A stretch of 63,021 nt of DNA, the filler included, from Octopus bimaculoides (taxonomy: Eukaryota): NCBI RefSeq assembly GCF_001194135.2. It is 5 parts of 5 records of this genome, joined end to end, with 100 filler letters (N's around TTAATTAATTAA, not from the genome) between each part and the next. Parts side by side here need not be neighbours in the genome. Positions count along the whole stretch, not along the records: positions 26,424 to 45,802 come from NC_068997.1; positions 45,903 to 61,757 come from NC_068986.1; 3 more parts are not named here. One strand, given 5' to 3'. Below are positions 39,938 to 54,889 of the stretch, one piece after another. The notes under the pieces were generated by a model. That model ran no database searches. It was not told where the DNA came from and saw only the letters and a program-made list of their open reading frames with translations. The translations under genes were made by a program, and so were the position numbers. Position 1 is the stretch's first letter, and every line of letters begins with the position of its first letter.

Positions 39938-41658
39938 GTCTAATGGTTGTAGGAAGATGAAGAAATATGTCTCATAAGCTTCCTAGAATCGACAGCCAGG
40001 TAAGAATTTTTGCAACATAATGAATTATGCTGATGAGACCCAAGGGTAATATTGTGATATCTCCACAGACCACAGATTAACTATACTAGTCTTAGGTCAA
40101 ATCAAGTATAAAGTTGAATATATTTGGTTAAGGTGAGTAGCAGTGGGATTGAAATTTGTTCTGAGTAATTGCAAAGCGAGCGTATTAGCAATTTGGCCAA
40201 TATTGTGATTTGTAAAAGAATTAATCATACAGTGATGACGATAAATAGAAAAAGTGACGTACAGACACACTATATATATTAATGTTCCTATGTTATAATA
40301 GAAGTAATTTTACTTTAGATTGAAGGATTACTCAAAGCATTTAGTAGAGCATAAATTTATTATTCTTTAACAAGAATAGTATTGACAATAATTTGGAAGT
40401 TTCGGCCAGCTAGCTCATCATCGGATTATGTATGTATGTATGTATGTATGTATAGACAGATAGATAAGCAGACATACATGCATACAGACGGAAAGACAGA
40501 CAGATTGATAGATATATAGATAAATAAACAGACAGACAGGCAGGCAGAAAGATCGAGTGACTGTAAGACAAATATATAGATAGATGGCTACAGTGACTTA
40601 ACGTCTCTGAACGTTGATTTGAAATGTTTACAACTTTGATTTTCAATCCATAGATTTTTACTTCATCAAATCTTCCGGCGCTAATTTAAATGTAGTCTAT
40701 CCTGTACGTAAATGATAAGAAATATCAAAATTCGACCATCATATTTGAAATGCCGCATATTTAGTTTCTTCCAAAAACCAAATATATTAGAAGAAACTTG
40801 TGGTAAATCACCTTCCTGGTGACATAAATATATGAATAGGTTAATAGAAACGAATTTTAAAGCAATTTTGCAGCCTGAAGTAAACACTGTTTTATCAGTT
40901 TAGGCATTTGCTTGAAAGCTTTCGAACAATCAATTACAGTTAAAGGGATGGGGGCAATTATTTGGACTAATGTAGTCACATGTGAAGGAAGAGATTATAG
41001 TTTCCATATCGAATCGGTACTGTAATGTTTCTTGATAAAATTTGTAAGTCCCTTGTAATAATTATATCTAAAGGTATCTTTTTCTCTTTTTTAGTTTATG
41101 TACTATTATTTAAATAACAATGTAGATAATTGGATTTATATATGTTTTAATGGATAAATATGTACTCACACGCATGTATACACACACATATATCAATTTA
41201 CATATATCAATAACATTGGTTATTATTGATGAGATCAAATTTAAAAAGAAAAATACGTAATCACCCGACACTCCATCCATTCCCAGCCTCACAACAAAAC
41301 GGAGGAGGAAATTAAGACAAAAAAAATACTGAATGAAGTTAATTTTTTAGAACATGATAAATACCAAAATAATTTTAAAGAATTTCCTCTAAAATATAAC
41401 TCGTTTCTGGAGGTGGGCCAAAGAAATGAAACCTTAATATTTTGTAACTTTTTTTTTTCTTTTTATTTGCATATGAATTTTGGCATCGTTTCAATCGTAA
41501 ATCTAGGAACTTTCTCGAAGAATATGATCGTAAGCACTATTTAATGCTTTCAGTGAGACCAGTGATGTTGAAGTGGTATGAGATTATATAACTGATCACG
41601 TCAAGGATAAAATAAGATCGGTTCCTTCTTACTGTCATTTTAATCATCCATCTATCTG

Positions 41659-41730
<72 letters not shown>

Positions 41731-41862
41731 GCTAGATAGATAGATGGATCGATATTTATTTATCTGTCCATCTACCTCTGTATCTATGCATCATATAACG
41801 CTTCTTATATCATTCTACATTGTTCATTAAGGGATTAGACTATGACTGAAGTACTCCAGGAT

Positions 41863-41919
<57 letters not shown>

Positions 41920-42414
41920 NNNNNNNNNNNNNNNNNNNNNNNNNNNNNNNNNNNNNNNNNNNNNNNNNNNNNNNNNNNNNNNNNNNNNNNNNNNNNNNNN
42001 NNNNNNNNNNNNNNNNNNNNNNNNNNNNNNNNNNNNNNNNNNNNNNNNNNNNNNNNNNNNNNNNNNNNNNNNNNNNNNNNNNNNNNNNNNNNNNNNNNNN
42101 NNNNNNNNNNNNNNNNNNNNNNNNNNNNNNNNNNNNNNNNNNNNNNNNNNNNNNNNNNNNNNNNNNNNNNNNNNNNNNNNNNNNNNNNNNNNNNNNNNNN
42201 NNNNNNNNNNNNNNNNNNNNNNNNNNNNNNNNNNNNNNNNNNNNNNNNNNNNNNNNNNNNNNNNNNNNNNNNNNNNNNNNNNNNNNNNNNNNNNNNNNNN
42301 NNNNNNNNNNNNNNNNNNNNNNNNNNNNNNNNNNNNNNNNNNNNNNNNNNNNNNNNNNNNNNNNNNNNNNNNNNNNNNNNNNNNNNNNNNNNNNNNNNNN
42401 NNNNNNNNNNNGTG

Positions 42415-42740
42415 TGTAGTGGTGTACGGCTTAGAGGTTAGGGCATTCGGCTCATGATCGTAAGGTCGCGAGTCCGATTCGCGAAGGTGCGTTGTGTCCT
42501 TGAAAAAAAACACTTTACTCCACGTTGCTCCTGTTCACTCAGTTGGCAAAAATGAGTTGTGCTTCTATTTGAAAGGGCCAGCCTTCTTATACTCGGTATC
42601 ACCCTGAATCTCCCTGTGAACTACATTAAAGGTATGCTTCAACAATTTGCACATTAATTTCACGACCAAGCTGTTTCGCTGATCGGATCAACTGGAACCC
42701 TCGTCGTCGTAAGCGACGGAGTGACAGTGTAGGCATATAT
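42415..42740 (+). mobile_element. tRNA-derived SINE family C
   Basis: The head ggcttagaggttagggcattcggctcatgatcgtaaggtcgcgagtccgattc is followed by gttgtgtccttg..cactttactccacgttgctcc..ggcaaaaatgagt. An inverse homolog lies at 59145-59290. Confidence 0.8.
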
Positions 42741-43774
42741 ATATATATATGCCTACACACTTCGTACTTATAGAAAAAGGAAATAAAAACAAAATGCAAA
42801 ATACACAACACAATAGCTGTATTAATGACAATTATCACATCTTAACAAAGATAATCTTCGCAGAAACTTGTAAAAAGAAGAAAATAAGCTGCCGTACAAG
42901 CACAACAAGAACAACAAGAAGAACTCAATGATAATGAATACAACTACAAGAACATCAATTCGGAGAAGAAAGGAATTAATAATAACAATTAACATTGGAG
43001 AAAACAATTACAGGAATCGTGAAAGAAATAACGACACATATCAAAACAAATACAAGCGAAATTGAAGACAGATAGTAACTAGAGCAACGGCATTCGACAG
43101 CCACAAGAAAAATTACGAATAAAAATAGACCATGCTTTTTTNNNNNNNNNNNNNNNNNNNNNNNNNNNNNNNNNNNNNNNNNNNNNNNNNNNNNNNNNNN
43201 NNNNNNNNNNNNNNNNNNNNNNNNNNNNNNNNNNNNNNNNNNNNNNNNNNNNNNNNNNNNNNNNNNNNNNNNNNNNNNNNNNNNNNNNNNNNNNNNNNNN
43301 NNNNNNNNNNNNNNNNNNNNNNNNNNNNNNNNNNNNNNNNNNNNNNNNNNNNNNNNNNNNNNNNNNNNNNNNNNNNNNNNNNNNNNNNNNNNNNNNNNNN
43401 NNNNNNNNNNNNNNNNNNNNNNNNNNNNNNNNNNNNNNNNNNNNNNNNNNNNNNNNNNNNNNNNNNNNNNNNNNNNNNNNNNNNNNNNNNNNNNNNNNNN
43501 NNNNNNNNNNNNNNNNNNNNNNNNNNNNNNNNTATATATATATATATATATATGCATATATATATATATATGCATATATTTATGCCTGTATGATATGGGA
43601 AACGAAACAAAGAATAGAATTTGAATGAAACAAATAAAACAGATGCAATTAAACAATGTAAAATGTTTTGCGATATATAACCCAACACCACCACAACAAA
43701 AAAAAAAAGACACCAAACTTAATTTGTTTTCAGTATTTGTCAAACGTTCTACTTAAATTAATGGCGAACAACTA

Positions 43775-43990
43775 GGAGAGAGAGGGAGAGAGGCAGACAA
43801 AGAGAGAACCAGTTAGAGAGAGAGGGAGAGAGGGAGAGAGGGAGAGAGGGAGCAGGAAGAATATTGGCAACAAGACGGAAAGAGATTGTGAGAAGGAGAG
43901 AGAGAGAATGAAAGTGAGAGAGAGATAGAGATAGAGACTAAGGATAATAAGAGAGATAGAGAGATAGAGAGGGACTAAGGATAATTACAC

Positions 43991-44021
<31 letters not shown>

Positions 44022-44191
44022 AAGAACGAAAGTGTAAGAACGAGAGAGATAACGAAAGTGAGAGAACGGAGGAGAGAGAGAAAGAGAGAACAGGAGGGAA
44101 AGAGAGAGAAAAAGAGATTAACAAGAGCTGACGATAGTCCATACAGAAAAACAGTGCATTTGTGGTAGATAGATAGATAGATAGATAGATT

Positions 44192-44232
<41 letters not shown>

Positions 44233-44630
44233 GTAGGTAGAATGAATGCGAAAGAGAATAAGAAAGACACTCAGATATTAATGAATTGGAGAGATGCAGA
44301 GAAATGAGAAGTAAAATAAGCAGAACAAAAAGAGGAGACAGTGAGAGAGAGGAGACAGAGAGAGTGAGAGAGAGAGGGAGAGAGAGAGAGAGAGATAGAG
44401 AGAGAAAGAAGAAGAGAGAGAGAAAGAGAGTAAAACATATAGTATGATCAAGTCAGACAAGGTGACGGAGTGAAACAAAGTGGAAGATACATAAAGTAAT
44501 GAGCATGATAAAAAGTGACAGGGACAGAAAGAGATACATAAAAGGAGAGAACGTGTACGAGAGGAATAAAAAGTGAGAGAAAGACAGATAGATAGAGAGA
44601 GAGAGGGGAAGAGCAGTGACAGAAAGAGGA
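43775..44630. repeat. GA-rich compound low-complexity tract including (GATA)n
   Basis: Directly visible (AG)n and (GATA)n runs. Confidence 0.9.
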
Positions 44631-44807
44631 GAGTGAACAGGATAATGCAAGTTATAATTGTGAAGTGTATTTATAAACGTGTGCACGCAAATATATGTAT
44701 ATCAATTTAGGTATGAGCATGTATGTGTACATGTGTGTATATGAATGTGTGCAGGTGCGAGTATTCCAGTGTGCATGTCTGGTTGTGAGATGTTATGTTT
44801 AATGGGT

Positions 44808-44841
<34 letters not shown>

Positions 44842-45090
44842 NNNNNNNNNNNNNNNNNNNNNNNNNNNNNNNNNNNNNNNNNNNNNNNNNNNNNNNNNNN
44901 NNNNNNNNNNNNNNNNNNNNNNNNNNNNNNNNNNNNNNNNNNNNNNNNNNNNNNNNNNNNNNNNNNNNNNNNNNNNNNNNNNNNNNNNNNNNNNNNNNNN
45001 NNNNNNNNNNNNNNNNNNNNNNNNNNNNNNNNNNNNNNNNNNNNNNNNNNNNNNNNNNNNNNNNNNNNNNNNNNNNNNNNNNNNNNNNNN

Positions 45091-45130
<40 letters not shown>

Positions 45131-45259
45131 TGTGTGTGTATGTGTGTGTGTGTGTATGTGTGTATGTGTGTGTGTGTGTGCGTGTTAATACACCAATGCA
45201 CACACACAAATATATATATGTATAGTTATTTAAATGAATGTGTATATACACACATCCCT

Positions 45260-45299
<40 letters not shown>

Positions 45300-45771
45300 T
45301 TGCACATATACGTACCGACGTATGTATATATAACACACGTGAAAGAATGAAGCAACTAGCAGATAATTTCGTTAGTGCAAAGTGGTACTGGATAATGTGA
45401 TAATATGCATATATTTCTGTATTTAATTTTCTAACTAAATTAAAAAGGCAACAATCAAGCACAAACACATACACACACACAGACACACGCACACAAACAC
45501 ACACACACACACACACGCACGCGCACACACACACACACTGACTCACAAAAGTTAACACTCACTAACGTATGTATGGATGCACACATTCATACCTGTTTTA
45601 TAGGATTAGTTAATTCTTCCTATCAATCTGCGTAATGTCTAGCACAGTGGCGTCTTACAATTTAAGCGTTAATCTACATTATATTTACATGGCTGTTATA
45701 TATGTAAAGCATTAATTTTACACAGCATATATTTATTCGTATATGTGTAGGTGCATGTATTTTGTCTGTAA

Positions 45772-45802
<31 letters not shown>

Positions 45803-45996
45803 NNNNNNNNNNNNNNNNNNNNNNNNNNNNNNNNNNNNNNNNNNNNTTAATTAATTAANNNNNNNNNNNNNNNNNNNNNNNNNNNNNNNNNNNNNNNNNN
45901 NNGGTAGGTAGGTAGGTAGGTAGGTAGGTAGGTAGGAAGGCAGGCAGGCAGGCAAACAGGCAAGCAGGCAGGCAGGCAGGTGGGTAAGTAGGTAGG

Positions 45997-46042
<46 letters not shown>

Positions 46043-48396
46043 TGAAATGCAAGTCATTCTCCACCGTTTTCACCGACACATTCCTCAGCCTGAGTCTGTA
46101 GCGGAAAACACTTTCACAAAGTACTGCAGAGTGTGGTGAATTACGGCACCATGGGTTGCAAAGAGAACTTCTTACTACTACCACCGCTGACCTTTTGTTA
46201 CTAAAGTTAATTATTGAATATATGTCATGATATGTTTATTCTTAGAAGATAATTTATGTCTGTACACTTCCTCTATTTGAAGATGATAAAAATAATCATT
46301 TAACACGTAATAAGATCGTCTGAGACATCCTAACATAGAAGTTCCTGATTATAGTGTTGTTAGGTTTTTTTCTTAAATCACTTTTAGTAAAAATTCAGAA
46401 TATTAAAAAGATATTCGTCAATTTTAGCCAATAGCATGTTTTGCATAGAACTATATTTACAAGTTCGTATAAGAAAGTTTAGTGTTCAATTTAAATTCAT
46501 TTTGAGACATTTAGTAAAGACATTCACTTTACCACGTTATACGTAGTTTTTCTGATGCTGATTTATTTTATTTTATTTTAGTTACTGTCATTAATATTAT
46601 ATTATTAATAATATAGTACAGTTGGTAAAGCCTAAACAGTAACGCCACTGGGAAAAATCCATAGCAATATTTAGTCATGAACATATACTGCATGAACTCA
46701 AACTATATTAGAGTCAACTTTACTTTTGTATGATTTCGTAGGCTTGTGTGTCATTGAAGGTATTAGTAAATATTTCTATTAAAATATAATTTTGTAAAGA
46801 ATTAATAACATTACCTGATAAATTCTTAGTAGTAATTAGTCTCATTTCTGACTACACTAGAGATGACTTTAACACCTGTTTTTCTGAGCATGTAAAATCG
46901 GCTTTGCTATTTCGATTCGTTTTTCTAGATAGTTGGTTAAGATAAAACCAATGCTTATTTTCATTTAAACCATTTGGAGCTGATGAAATAATTATTTCTC
47001 GTATACTATATTCAGGTAGATCGATAATATCTCATTGCTATAAATATCGTTCTGTTCTAATGTTAGAAATAATTGCTAATATGTATTATATGTATAACAT
47101 TTAGCGTGATATTAGATCTTAGAACATTCTACCAGCAGAGCAACACTGTACTAAAATACACTTCCTTGTAGTCTACAGAAGTTTTGTGGCGATCCAAAAG
47201 ACAGATAATTCGACATATAGTAACCAAGACACTGCAGTTATTTTTCATATATAATTCTGAAATCTATTACTGTAGATGATTAATAAACTTCTTACTGTGA
47301 CAATAGAATCACTATTTCAAGAAAAATTATATTCCCACGATAGGTGTAAAACAGGAAAAGAGACGAGTGCATTATCCTATACACACGTGTACATCTAAAT
47401 ATGTCAGTCGAAGACTTGGTCTTACAGCGTAAATTTTGGTATGTACAAGGAGGTAATTTCCTCCAAATTTTTCTAGAAGTTACTAGAAGCTACATTTTGA
47501 CGAAGAAGTGCTAAGGAAGTGGGTAATTTATCTTCTGCAATAAAAATCTGATCACCGTCTATGAAGGTCATATTTAAGAGATAAGAGAAAGACAGATTTA
47601 AAAATTATAATTCAATGAAATTTATAAATTATATATATTCTAGACGGTTTTTCGGTAGTCAATAATTCAGATCATCCTGTATGTATATCTAAAAATAAAG
47701 AGTATCAGATTTTGTATATTATTTTCCCTTTTTGCTCAATGCCTATTCTCCGTTCTACGGAAGGCTATTTAGTTTTTATAGAATACTTTGCAAGGACAGT
47801 GAATAACGGGATTAGTTGAACGCCAGATACAAAATTTTACTGTATATAAATTCAACTCTTTACATTGTTAATATGAGTCGTGTCAAAGTCGAATCTATTT
47901 TTTTATTTTTCGGGTTCCATAGAGTAAAGGTGTGTAATACTTACAACGAATGTTGTCATAATGTATTAAGTAAGGCAAATACATTAATGCCGACTCAAAT
48001 TCTTTTCTACCATTTTGTGATCGATAAACAAAAAAAAAATTACTATACTCTGCTATATTCTGCTCTATAAATTAGAGTCTGTGACAACGATGAATATTCA
48101 TTTCATATCAAATACCTAAGTGGAACGTTGATCGAATCTTCAACGTCATTGTAAATAATCTGTTGATGTTTCAGTTCAGTAATCACGTACGTAAATTTTG
48201 CGTTCAAATTTTAGTGATCGGAGACACTGTCACCAAGCATATTGTTTTTACCCAAACTTTGGTTTTGAATTTGTGAGAGCATGTCATTCGAGGAAAGTGT
48301 TTTAATTTATACATTTATCAATCCAATCAAAATGTACAGAATAATGTTTCCGCACTGGAGATAAACCAGTTTCAACTTTTGCTGTTGTATTTCCAG

Positions 48397-48571
48397 CTAT
48401 GTTCCTGGCAGGTCACCGACATGATGGATTATAGTAAATGTGTTCAAGTAGGCGTTGTTAGCTCAGGAATTATCCCTAATCTGAAAAAGAACGTTTTATA
48501 TAAACTTCGAGTATGTGGTTTCACTGGAGCTGGAGATGGAAAATTAAGTGAATTAACTTACTTCACACTTG
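48397..48571 (+). CDS. Internal exon: end of the last fibronectin type-III domain of a contactin-like adhesion protein
   Basis: Acceptor tgttgtatttccag| and donor cttg|gtaagt, phase 0 to phase 1. It encodes LCSWQVTDMMDYSKCVQVGVVSSGIIPNLKKNVLYKLRVCGFTGAGDGKLSELTYFTL-G, which fits the FN3 pattern L....Y.LRV.G...GDG..S. An alternative acceptor at 48411 is possible. Confidence 0.8.
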
Positions 48572-49944
48572 GTAAGTATAAATTAAGCATAGCTTTTTTA
48601 ATTTTTAAGTTTAGCCTTTTAATCTAAATCTTCTTGTGGGAAGCAACCTAAGGTATATAAATAATGACTCCTAGAGTTGACAGAAAGATGGAAATTATCT
48701 ATTAGTTGCTTATAAAAAATGATCAGCATTTGCCTGGTACTTATTTATTTAATCCAGAAAGATGAAAAGTAAAATCTACTGCGGTGGAATTGAAAGGGTC
48801 ACACGAAAATGAAGAGACATAAAAAGTATCTTAAGATATTCCATTTCTTTCAATTGTTGCACTTCTGTTACATAAAGGAAAATTAGACATTCGTCTGGGT
48901 ATTACAAACATATGTATATGTAAGCAACTAAGCAGAGTCTCAAATCTTAATGAACATTGAACCTGTTACTTGGTTTCCATGACGTATAAGTGATCGAGAT
49001 CACAGCAACTTGAAATGAAGTGTGAACCGCTTAGTTCAGAAATCGAAAACACGACCTTGTAATTGTGAGTAAAACACTTTAGACAATAGACCACGCATCT
49101 TCATACAAATACATATATAAATATATATATGCCACAAAACATCAGTAATCAAGAGATCCCTAAACAAGCATAAACCCTGACCAGAATTAGAATTCCAATG
49201 AAGGTCAATCACACAATATCAATGTATCGTATAATATATACTGCAAAAATACCAACAAGTAGATCAAATGTATACATCCTATCTTCAGCTGCCTAAGGAA
49301 AATCATTGTGGTTTCGATAGCTAGACAGTACCTTTCAATGTTTTGGTATCAACAGTATTCAGCGCATAAACAATTATTGAGAAATAATAGAAAGGAAAGG
49401 CCAAACATTAATGCAATATGTCCATTATGTCTAACCAGCTTATTGCTGCAACACACAGATAAGAACATCAAATCTCAAACATAAATCATTTCATACTGAT
49501 AGCAATGAAGCATAGAAATAATAACATAAAATAAAGAAAGCAGAGAAATTTAATCAAAAACATAGTCAAACGAAGAGACATAGAACTTAAAACACACTAG
49601 AGAACTATATACATTCAGAATAAATTATTGAATATACTCGAAGACAGACGTTGCCATTACGTAAAATGGAAAATAACAATAAGCTAAAGAATTATCAACA
49701 TAGAACTGTATACATATAGACTGAGCACAGAACATAACCGATAGACATTGCTACTAAACCTAAAATAAATTCTTAAAGCACAAAAATACAATCAAAACCA
49801 ACAAACTAAAACTAACGGAATAATAGCTATCATCGTTATATATATATATGATAATAATATTAGGGAAAATTTTCCAAATTTACAGGGAACAATTCAATTT
49901 AATTTATCAAAATTAAATTAAATTTCACAATATGTAATATATAA

Positions 49945-50926
49945 ATATATAATTTAGAGAAAAAACCACAATTATTTAATTCATCCATGAAAATCCACAA
50001 TCACATATAGGAAAATTTAATAAGAAAATACACTAAAAAGACCTATAATAAAAATTTAAAAAGTACAAAGTAATAAATATTAAAATAGTAAAAGTGACTA
50101 CACGTGTTTCATAACCATATTTTCAAATAGAAAATAAAATAAAAATCAAATCGATTCAAAATAAATCGATCGAAAATCAATTTTATTCAAAAATATAGCT
50201 CATCGTCAGGTCAAAATTCAATAATAATAATAAAATCAATGTATATATATCGACTAACTATAAACATCAAATAATAAATAAAAGAAAAACATTTAACAAT
50301 AATACTGAAAATAAATGCAATACTTATCTTATTGAAGCGTTAGTTTAAGCTAAAATGTTAAACGTTATACTTTTAACTTCGCGTTTATTAGAATTAAGTC
50401 ACGTGAAAATATGGCGTAAAGACAAGTAATAGAATAAAGAGATACATAAATATGTATTTAAGTTTTATTTATAAAATCAAAATGTATTTTAGCTGTAATC
50501 ATAATAAAAAATTAACTGTATTATAAATATTTACTCCAAAATTTTAAATTCTAAATAATTTAAAACTCTAATAAATTAAAACTAAAATACGTAAATTAGA
50601 TAATATATATGAAAGAATCTAAAATACTATAAATTAATATATTTACATTAAATAAGTTGACGATTAGCTATATTTTTAAATAGAATTGATTTTCCATCGA
50701 TTTATTTTGAATCAATTTGATTTTTGTTTTATTTTCTATTTGAAAATATGTTTATGAAACATGTGTAGTCTTATATTTACTATTTTAATATTTATTACTT
50801 TGTAATTTTTTGATTTTTATTATAGGTCTTTGTAGTGTAGTTACTTATTAAAATTTCCTATATGTGATTGTGGTTTTTCATGGATGAATTAAATAATTGT
50901 GTTTTTTTTCTTTAAATTATATATAT
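49945..50926. mobile_element. AT-rich foldback element with about 265-bp imperfect inverted arms
   Basis: 49945-50208 (..ccacaattatttaattcatccatgaaaa..gctcatcgtca) is the reverse complement of 50658-50926 (tgacgattagc..tttcatggatgaattaaataattgtg..). Confidence 0.8.
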
Positions 50927-53900
50927 TCACGGTGGTGCACCAGCATGACCGCAGCCACTTGGCTGAAACACATAAATAAATAAAAAAAATATATATATCG
51001 ATTTTAGCTATTATTTAAATCGATGTTAATACAAAAACTCACTTGTGAGTATTTTGCTACGTTTGATTACAGATACAATGTTTTTGCCAAATTTTNNNNN
51101 NNNNNATACATACATACATACATACATTCAAACATACTTATATACATATATACATGCATACATGCATGCATGCATGCATACATACGTACATACATACATA
51201 CATACATACATACAAATTGATGTAAGAGTGTGCGTCTTTTGTTGCTTATGTGTATACATAAATGTCTGTATGTATCGATCTATGAGTGAGCATTTGTGCC
51301 TTTGGAAATTTATATTGTTACTTGATAGATTTCTTCGATTATTACGAATAATAAAAATAACTATCTATAGTTTAATCATAATTAAATTTCTTAATCGAGA
51401 TGAAATTTCTAGATCATAATGCTTATAACTGCATACTTTATAAATTAGTCTGATAAATTAAACTGACTTTTTTCAACGTGAAACGATTTCATCAGCAAAA
51501 CTCATATTAATTTTGATATTTATATTATAATATATGTTTAAAAATATTGTAATATAAATTCAGTATCTCCAAAACAAAAACAATATCAAACATTTGTATG
51601 TAGAACTGCATGTGCTCTTCACAGAGATGTGTTTTATCAATACACACAGCCGAATTGCCACCAAACGCACCATCTTTAAACATTTATATCACAAATCAAG
51701 AATTTAGGAATTGCACAAAACTAGACTCTGGTGAGGATTTCTCTCGAGCGAACGTCTTTAACATGGCAAAAACTGCATCAAATAGACTCCCCTTCTACAT
51801 CAAGCTATACAGTACAGTTAGTAACTTACTACACAGCTCGTGTTTGTGTGTGTGTGTGTATTATACAGTGGTTATTAACAAATCATGTCACAATATCCAC
51901 TGTATCAATCCGTAGTCTCAGAAACTCTGAGAGTCAAAAGAGTCTCCCAGATTGCGGATGGAAAGTGGAAGTTACTGATAACCTGGTGTGTTGAATTCGG
52001 TAAGTGGTTTTCATTTTCATATGAATGCATATGATTCAGTTTTGAAATGCATGAACGTCAATTCTCGGAGCAGTACATAAATACTAGAAAACAATTTTGC
52101 TTTTGACTGAGCACAAGCCTTTATTTCACAAGAAGAACAGAAGAAATGGATTGGTGTTACTGAAAGCTGCATTAGCACTAGAATAATCTGAAAATGAACT
52201 ACAAAAATTTCACGTTTACAATGTGATTTGGCTTCTATTTCTAGTAGGTTGATATAATGAACGGTTGAGATTAGCCATCCTTTCTTTTCCTGTAGAAAAC
52301 CATTTTGAAATGTTGTACATCACTTCACATGCCCCAGATCGCATTTATAATCAAAATGAGTGATGAATACTTAATGCCTGGTAGGTCATTCGAAAGCTTT
52401 AGATATAATAAATACCATTTCTAAGCTTTTGGCTCGAATTTATTTATCTGATAATATATAAATATTTTAGCTAATGTACTTTCTAAAGGCTTCACAAAAA
52501 TATTTTTTATATATCATCGCAATAGTTATTCAAATAATTTACTTTTTCATATTTTGTTAGAAAGTAGATGAAAAGTCTTCAGTTGTTGAATTAAACAGAC
52601 AAGAGAAAAGATTATTATATTTAACTTCTTTTTTGTTTTAGCTCCAATGGCCAGTTTCCAAAATATTTTGTATTATGCTGCCAAAAAATATTTCTATGAT
52701 TTGGCTCTGGAACTTTAGTTTCAACTGGAATAAAGAGAGTTATTAACATGTTGATGACTTGACTTAGGTATTGTTTCGTTCCACGAATGAAAAGAGAGCA
52801 TTAGGAATACAAGTGAACTGAAATCTTTGCAATTGAAGGCTGAAACTATATAAATAAAAAAAGACCTTCGACATAAACAGAAGACAGATCTACAAGAAAT
52901 AGCGGTCAAATCTCTTTCATATCACACTCGCTGTCTTAAGATAAGAAGAACACTGTACATTATATATTTCTAGATAGTTCTAAATATAAAGGAGGGTTTA
53001 GAATGGCCTGCCTCTTATTATAGTTCTGCTCGATCAAGGCTGAATCTAGCAATTCAATTTGTACTCTATAATCCCCCTTATTTCATCTGGAATTTGGTAA
53101 CACTCGGTCTTCTTTTTAGGGTATTAGTCACCTAAATAAACGTGTATAGATATAATTGTATTAATCAAAAAGTAAAAGAGAGTAGTAGTCCGAATCTATA
53201 TACTTCTTTACTCTGACGTTCACTAACTACAGAGTAAATATAGTTACAGATTATAACCTTGTTGAAGAAGGTTAGAGTTGGTTGTTATCTGTTGTATGTC
53301 GCAACGGGAACGCTTTAGAAAAAATTATATCTTAACTATGGAATGACATCAATGACATTATCATGCACACAACAGTTATAGCTGTTGTTAAATTATGAAG
53401 AAATATCAAAGACATAATCTGTAATAAGCATAACATATTATAGATAAATCATTAAAAAAAATCGGTAAATAGATAAAATGACTAGTAAGTTAATGTCTTA
53501 AATTAAGTGTGATTGCGTATATTATTAGAATATTCTAGAACCTAGTGCTCAATGGAGCCGCTACAGTCTTTCATTCACTAGAATTATGGGTTAAAGTCCA
53601 GTCAGATGTGCTTTACTGATATAAAATAAATATATATTGCAGCAGACTAAAATCTATTAAATCTTTACGAACGTAGCTGGGTGACATTATATCGACGTTA
53701 TATCTTCGATTTTTAATCTCCACAATACTTGAATTGAAATAAGTTGGTAAGAATTCACAGAAAGAGTTCCGCAATTTAATTCCACATGAAAGCAATGCAA
53801 TTTCCCTTTTGTTTTAGAGAGATATTCTATTTCCAATAGATTTAGAATTTTGAGTAACATTAAGCAACCTTCACGGATAAACAACCGAGAACGTTGCCTT

Positions 53901-54469
53901 ATTCATTAATGAGTCAATATTTTCTCGTTCGTAACTCTTTTTTGTTTTTAGAGTGTGTTTCCTTATTGACGCAGATATAAAAAAATTTTAAATAACATTT
54001 CTCGAGGTAGAAGTGATAAATATATAATAAAGAATATTATCTTCAAATATTTTCTCTTCTACCTATATGAGCTATACACCATCTTGAGAACAAGTTTCTT
54101 AAGATATACCATTTTAAAAGAAATTATGCAATTTTGCGTTGTCCAGAAACTTCTAATAATCATAGTTTTGAAAATAACCGTGAACTTCCGGGGATACAGC
54201 TACTCTTTATTGATTAAGGAAGGGTAACTGGACGTCAATTCTAACACTGTTCTTTCCCCAAAACTCTAAGAGAATTTATATTTTTTGTGAATACTATGTT
54301 TATCAAATAGCGTACGGAAATAACAAAAATGCACTTGTTCTGTTCTGTTCTTTTTATTTTGTGTACATGTCTAATAATGCTTTCAAATTTTGGCCCGAGG
54401 TCAATAATTCTGGAGGAATGGTTAGTCGCATACAACGATCCCCCACTTTTCAACTGTTTGTAATTTCAT

Positions 54470-54605
54470 TGAACCGGAAGGGTTGAAAGGCAAAAATCGA
54501 CATCAGCGGAATGTGAATTTAGAACGAAATGGCGCTAAGCACTTTGTCTGTCTTAGAACGAAATTCCACGAAGCACATTGTCTGGCTTGCAAGCGATTCT
54601 TTTAC
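54470..54605 (-). mobile_element. Old SINE family A remnant, present in both duplication units
   Basis: ttgaaaggcaaaaatcgacatcagcggaatgtgaatttagaac has a homolog at 58980-59090. Confidence 0.7.
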
Positions 54606-54889
54606 TGCATTTGCCCTGTTTACATATCCAATAATAATGATATTTTCTATCCCAAAATTTAAGGAAATTCATATTGGTTCGCATTTCATCATTGTTACCA
54701 AATCAAATATAGTATCTATGGAAATAGCAAAAAATGGATTTGTTCTGTTATTAATTCATGTTTACATATCTAATAATAGTGAACATAATTTGATTTCTTG
54801 TTAATGTATGATAATATGAAAATAATCACCAATGGAATAATTTGATAAAATCAAAATTTTATAAATCTTTTCTTTCAAATATTTTCCAG

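Noticed and set aside
51610-51915. 101-aa ORF and a phase-1 acceptor at 51649 as a possible next exon of the contactin-like gene
   Set aside because: The peptide runs through a (TG)n tract, has no GPI-like or recognisable tail, and is not preserved in the other unit. The join to 54890/59578 is more convincing.
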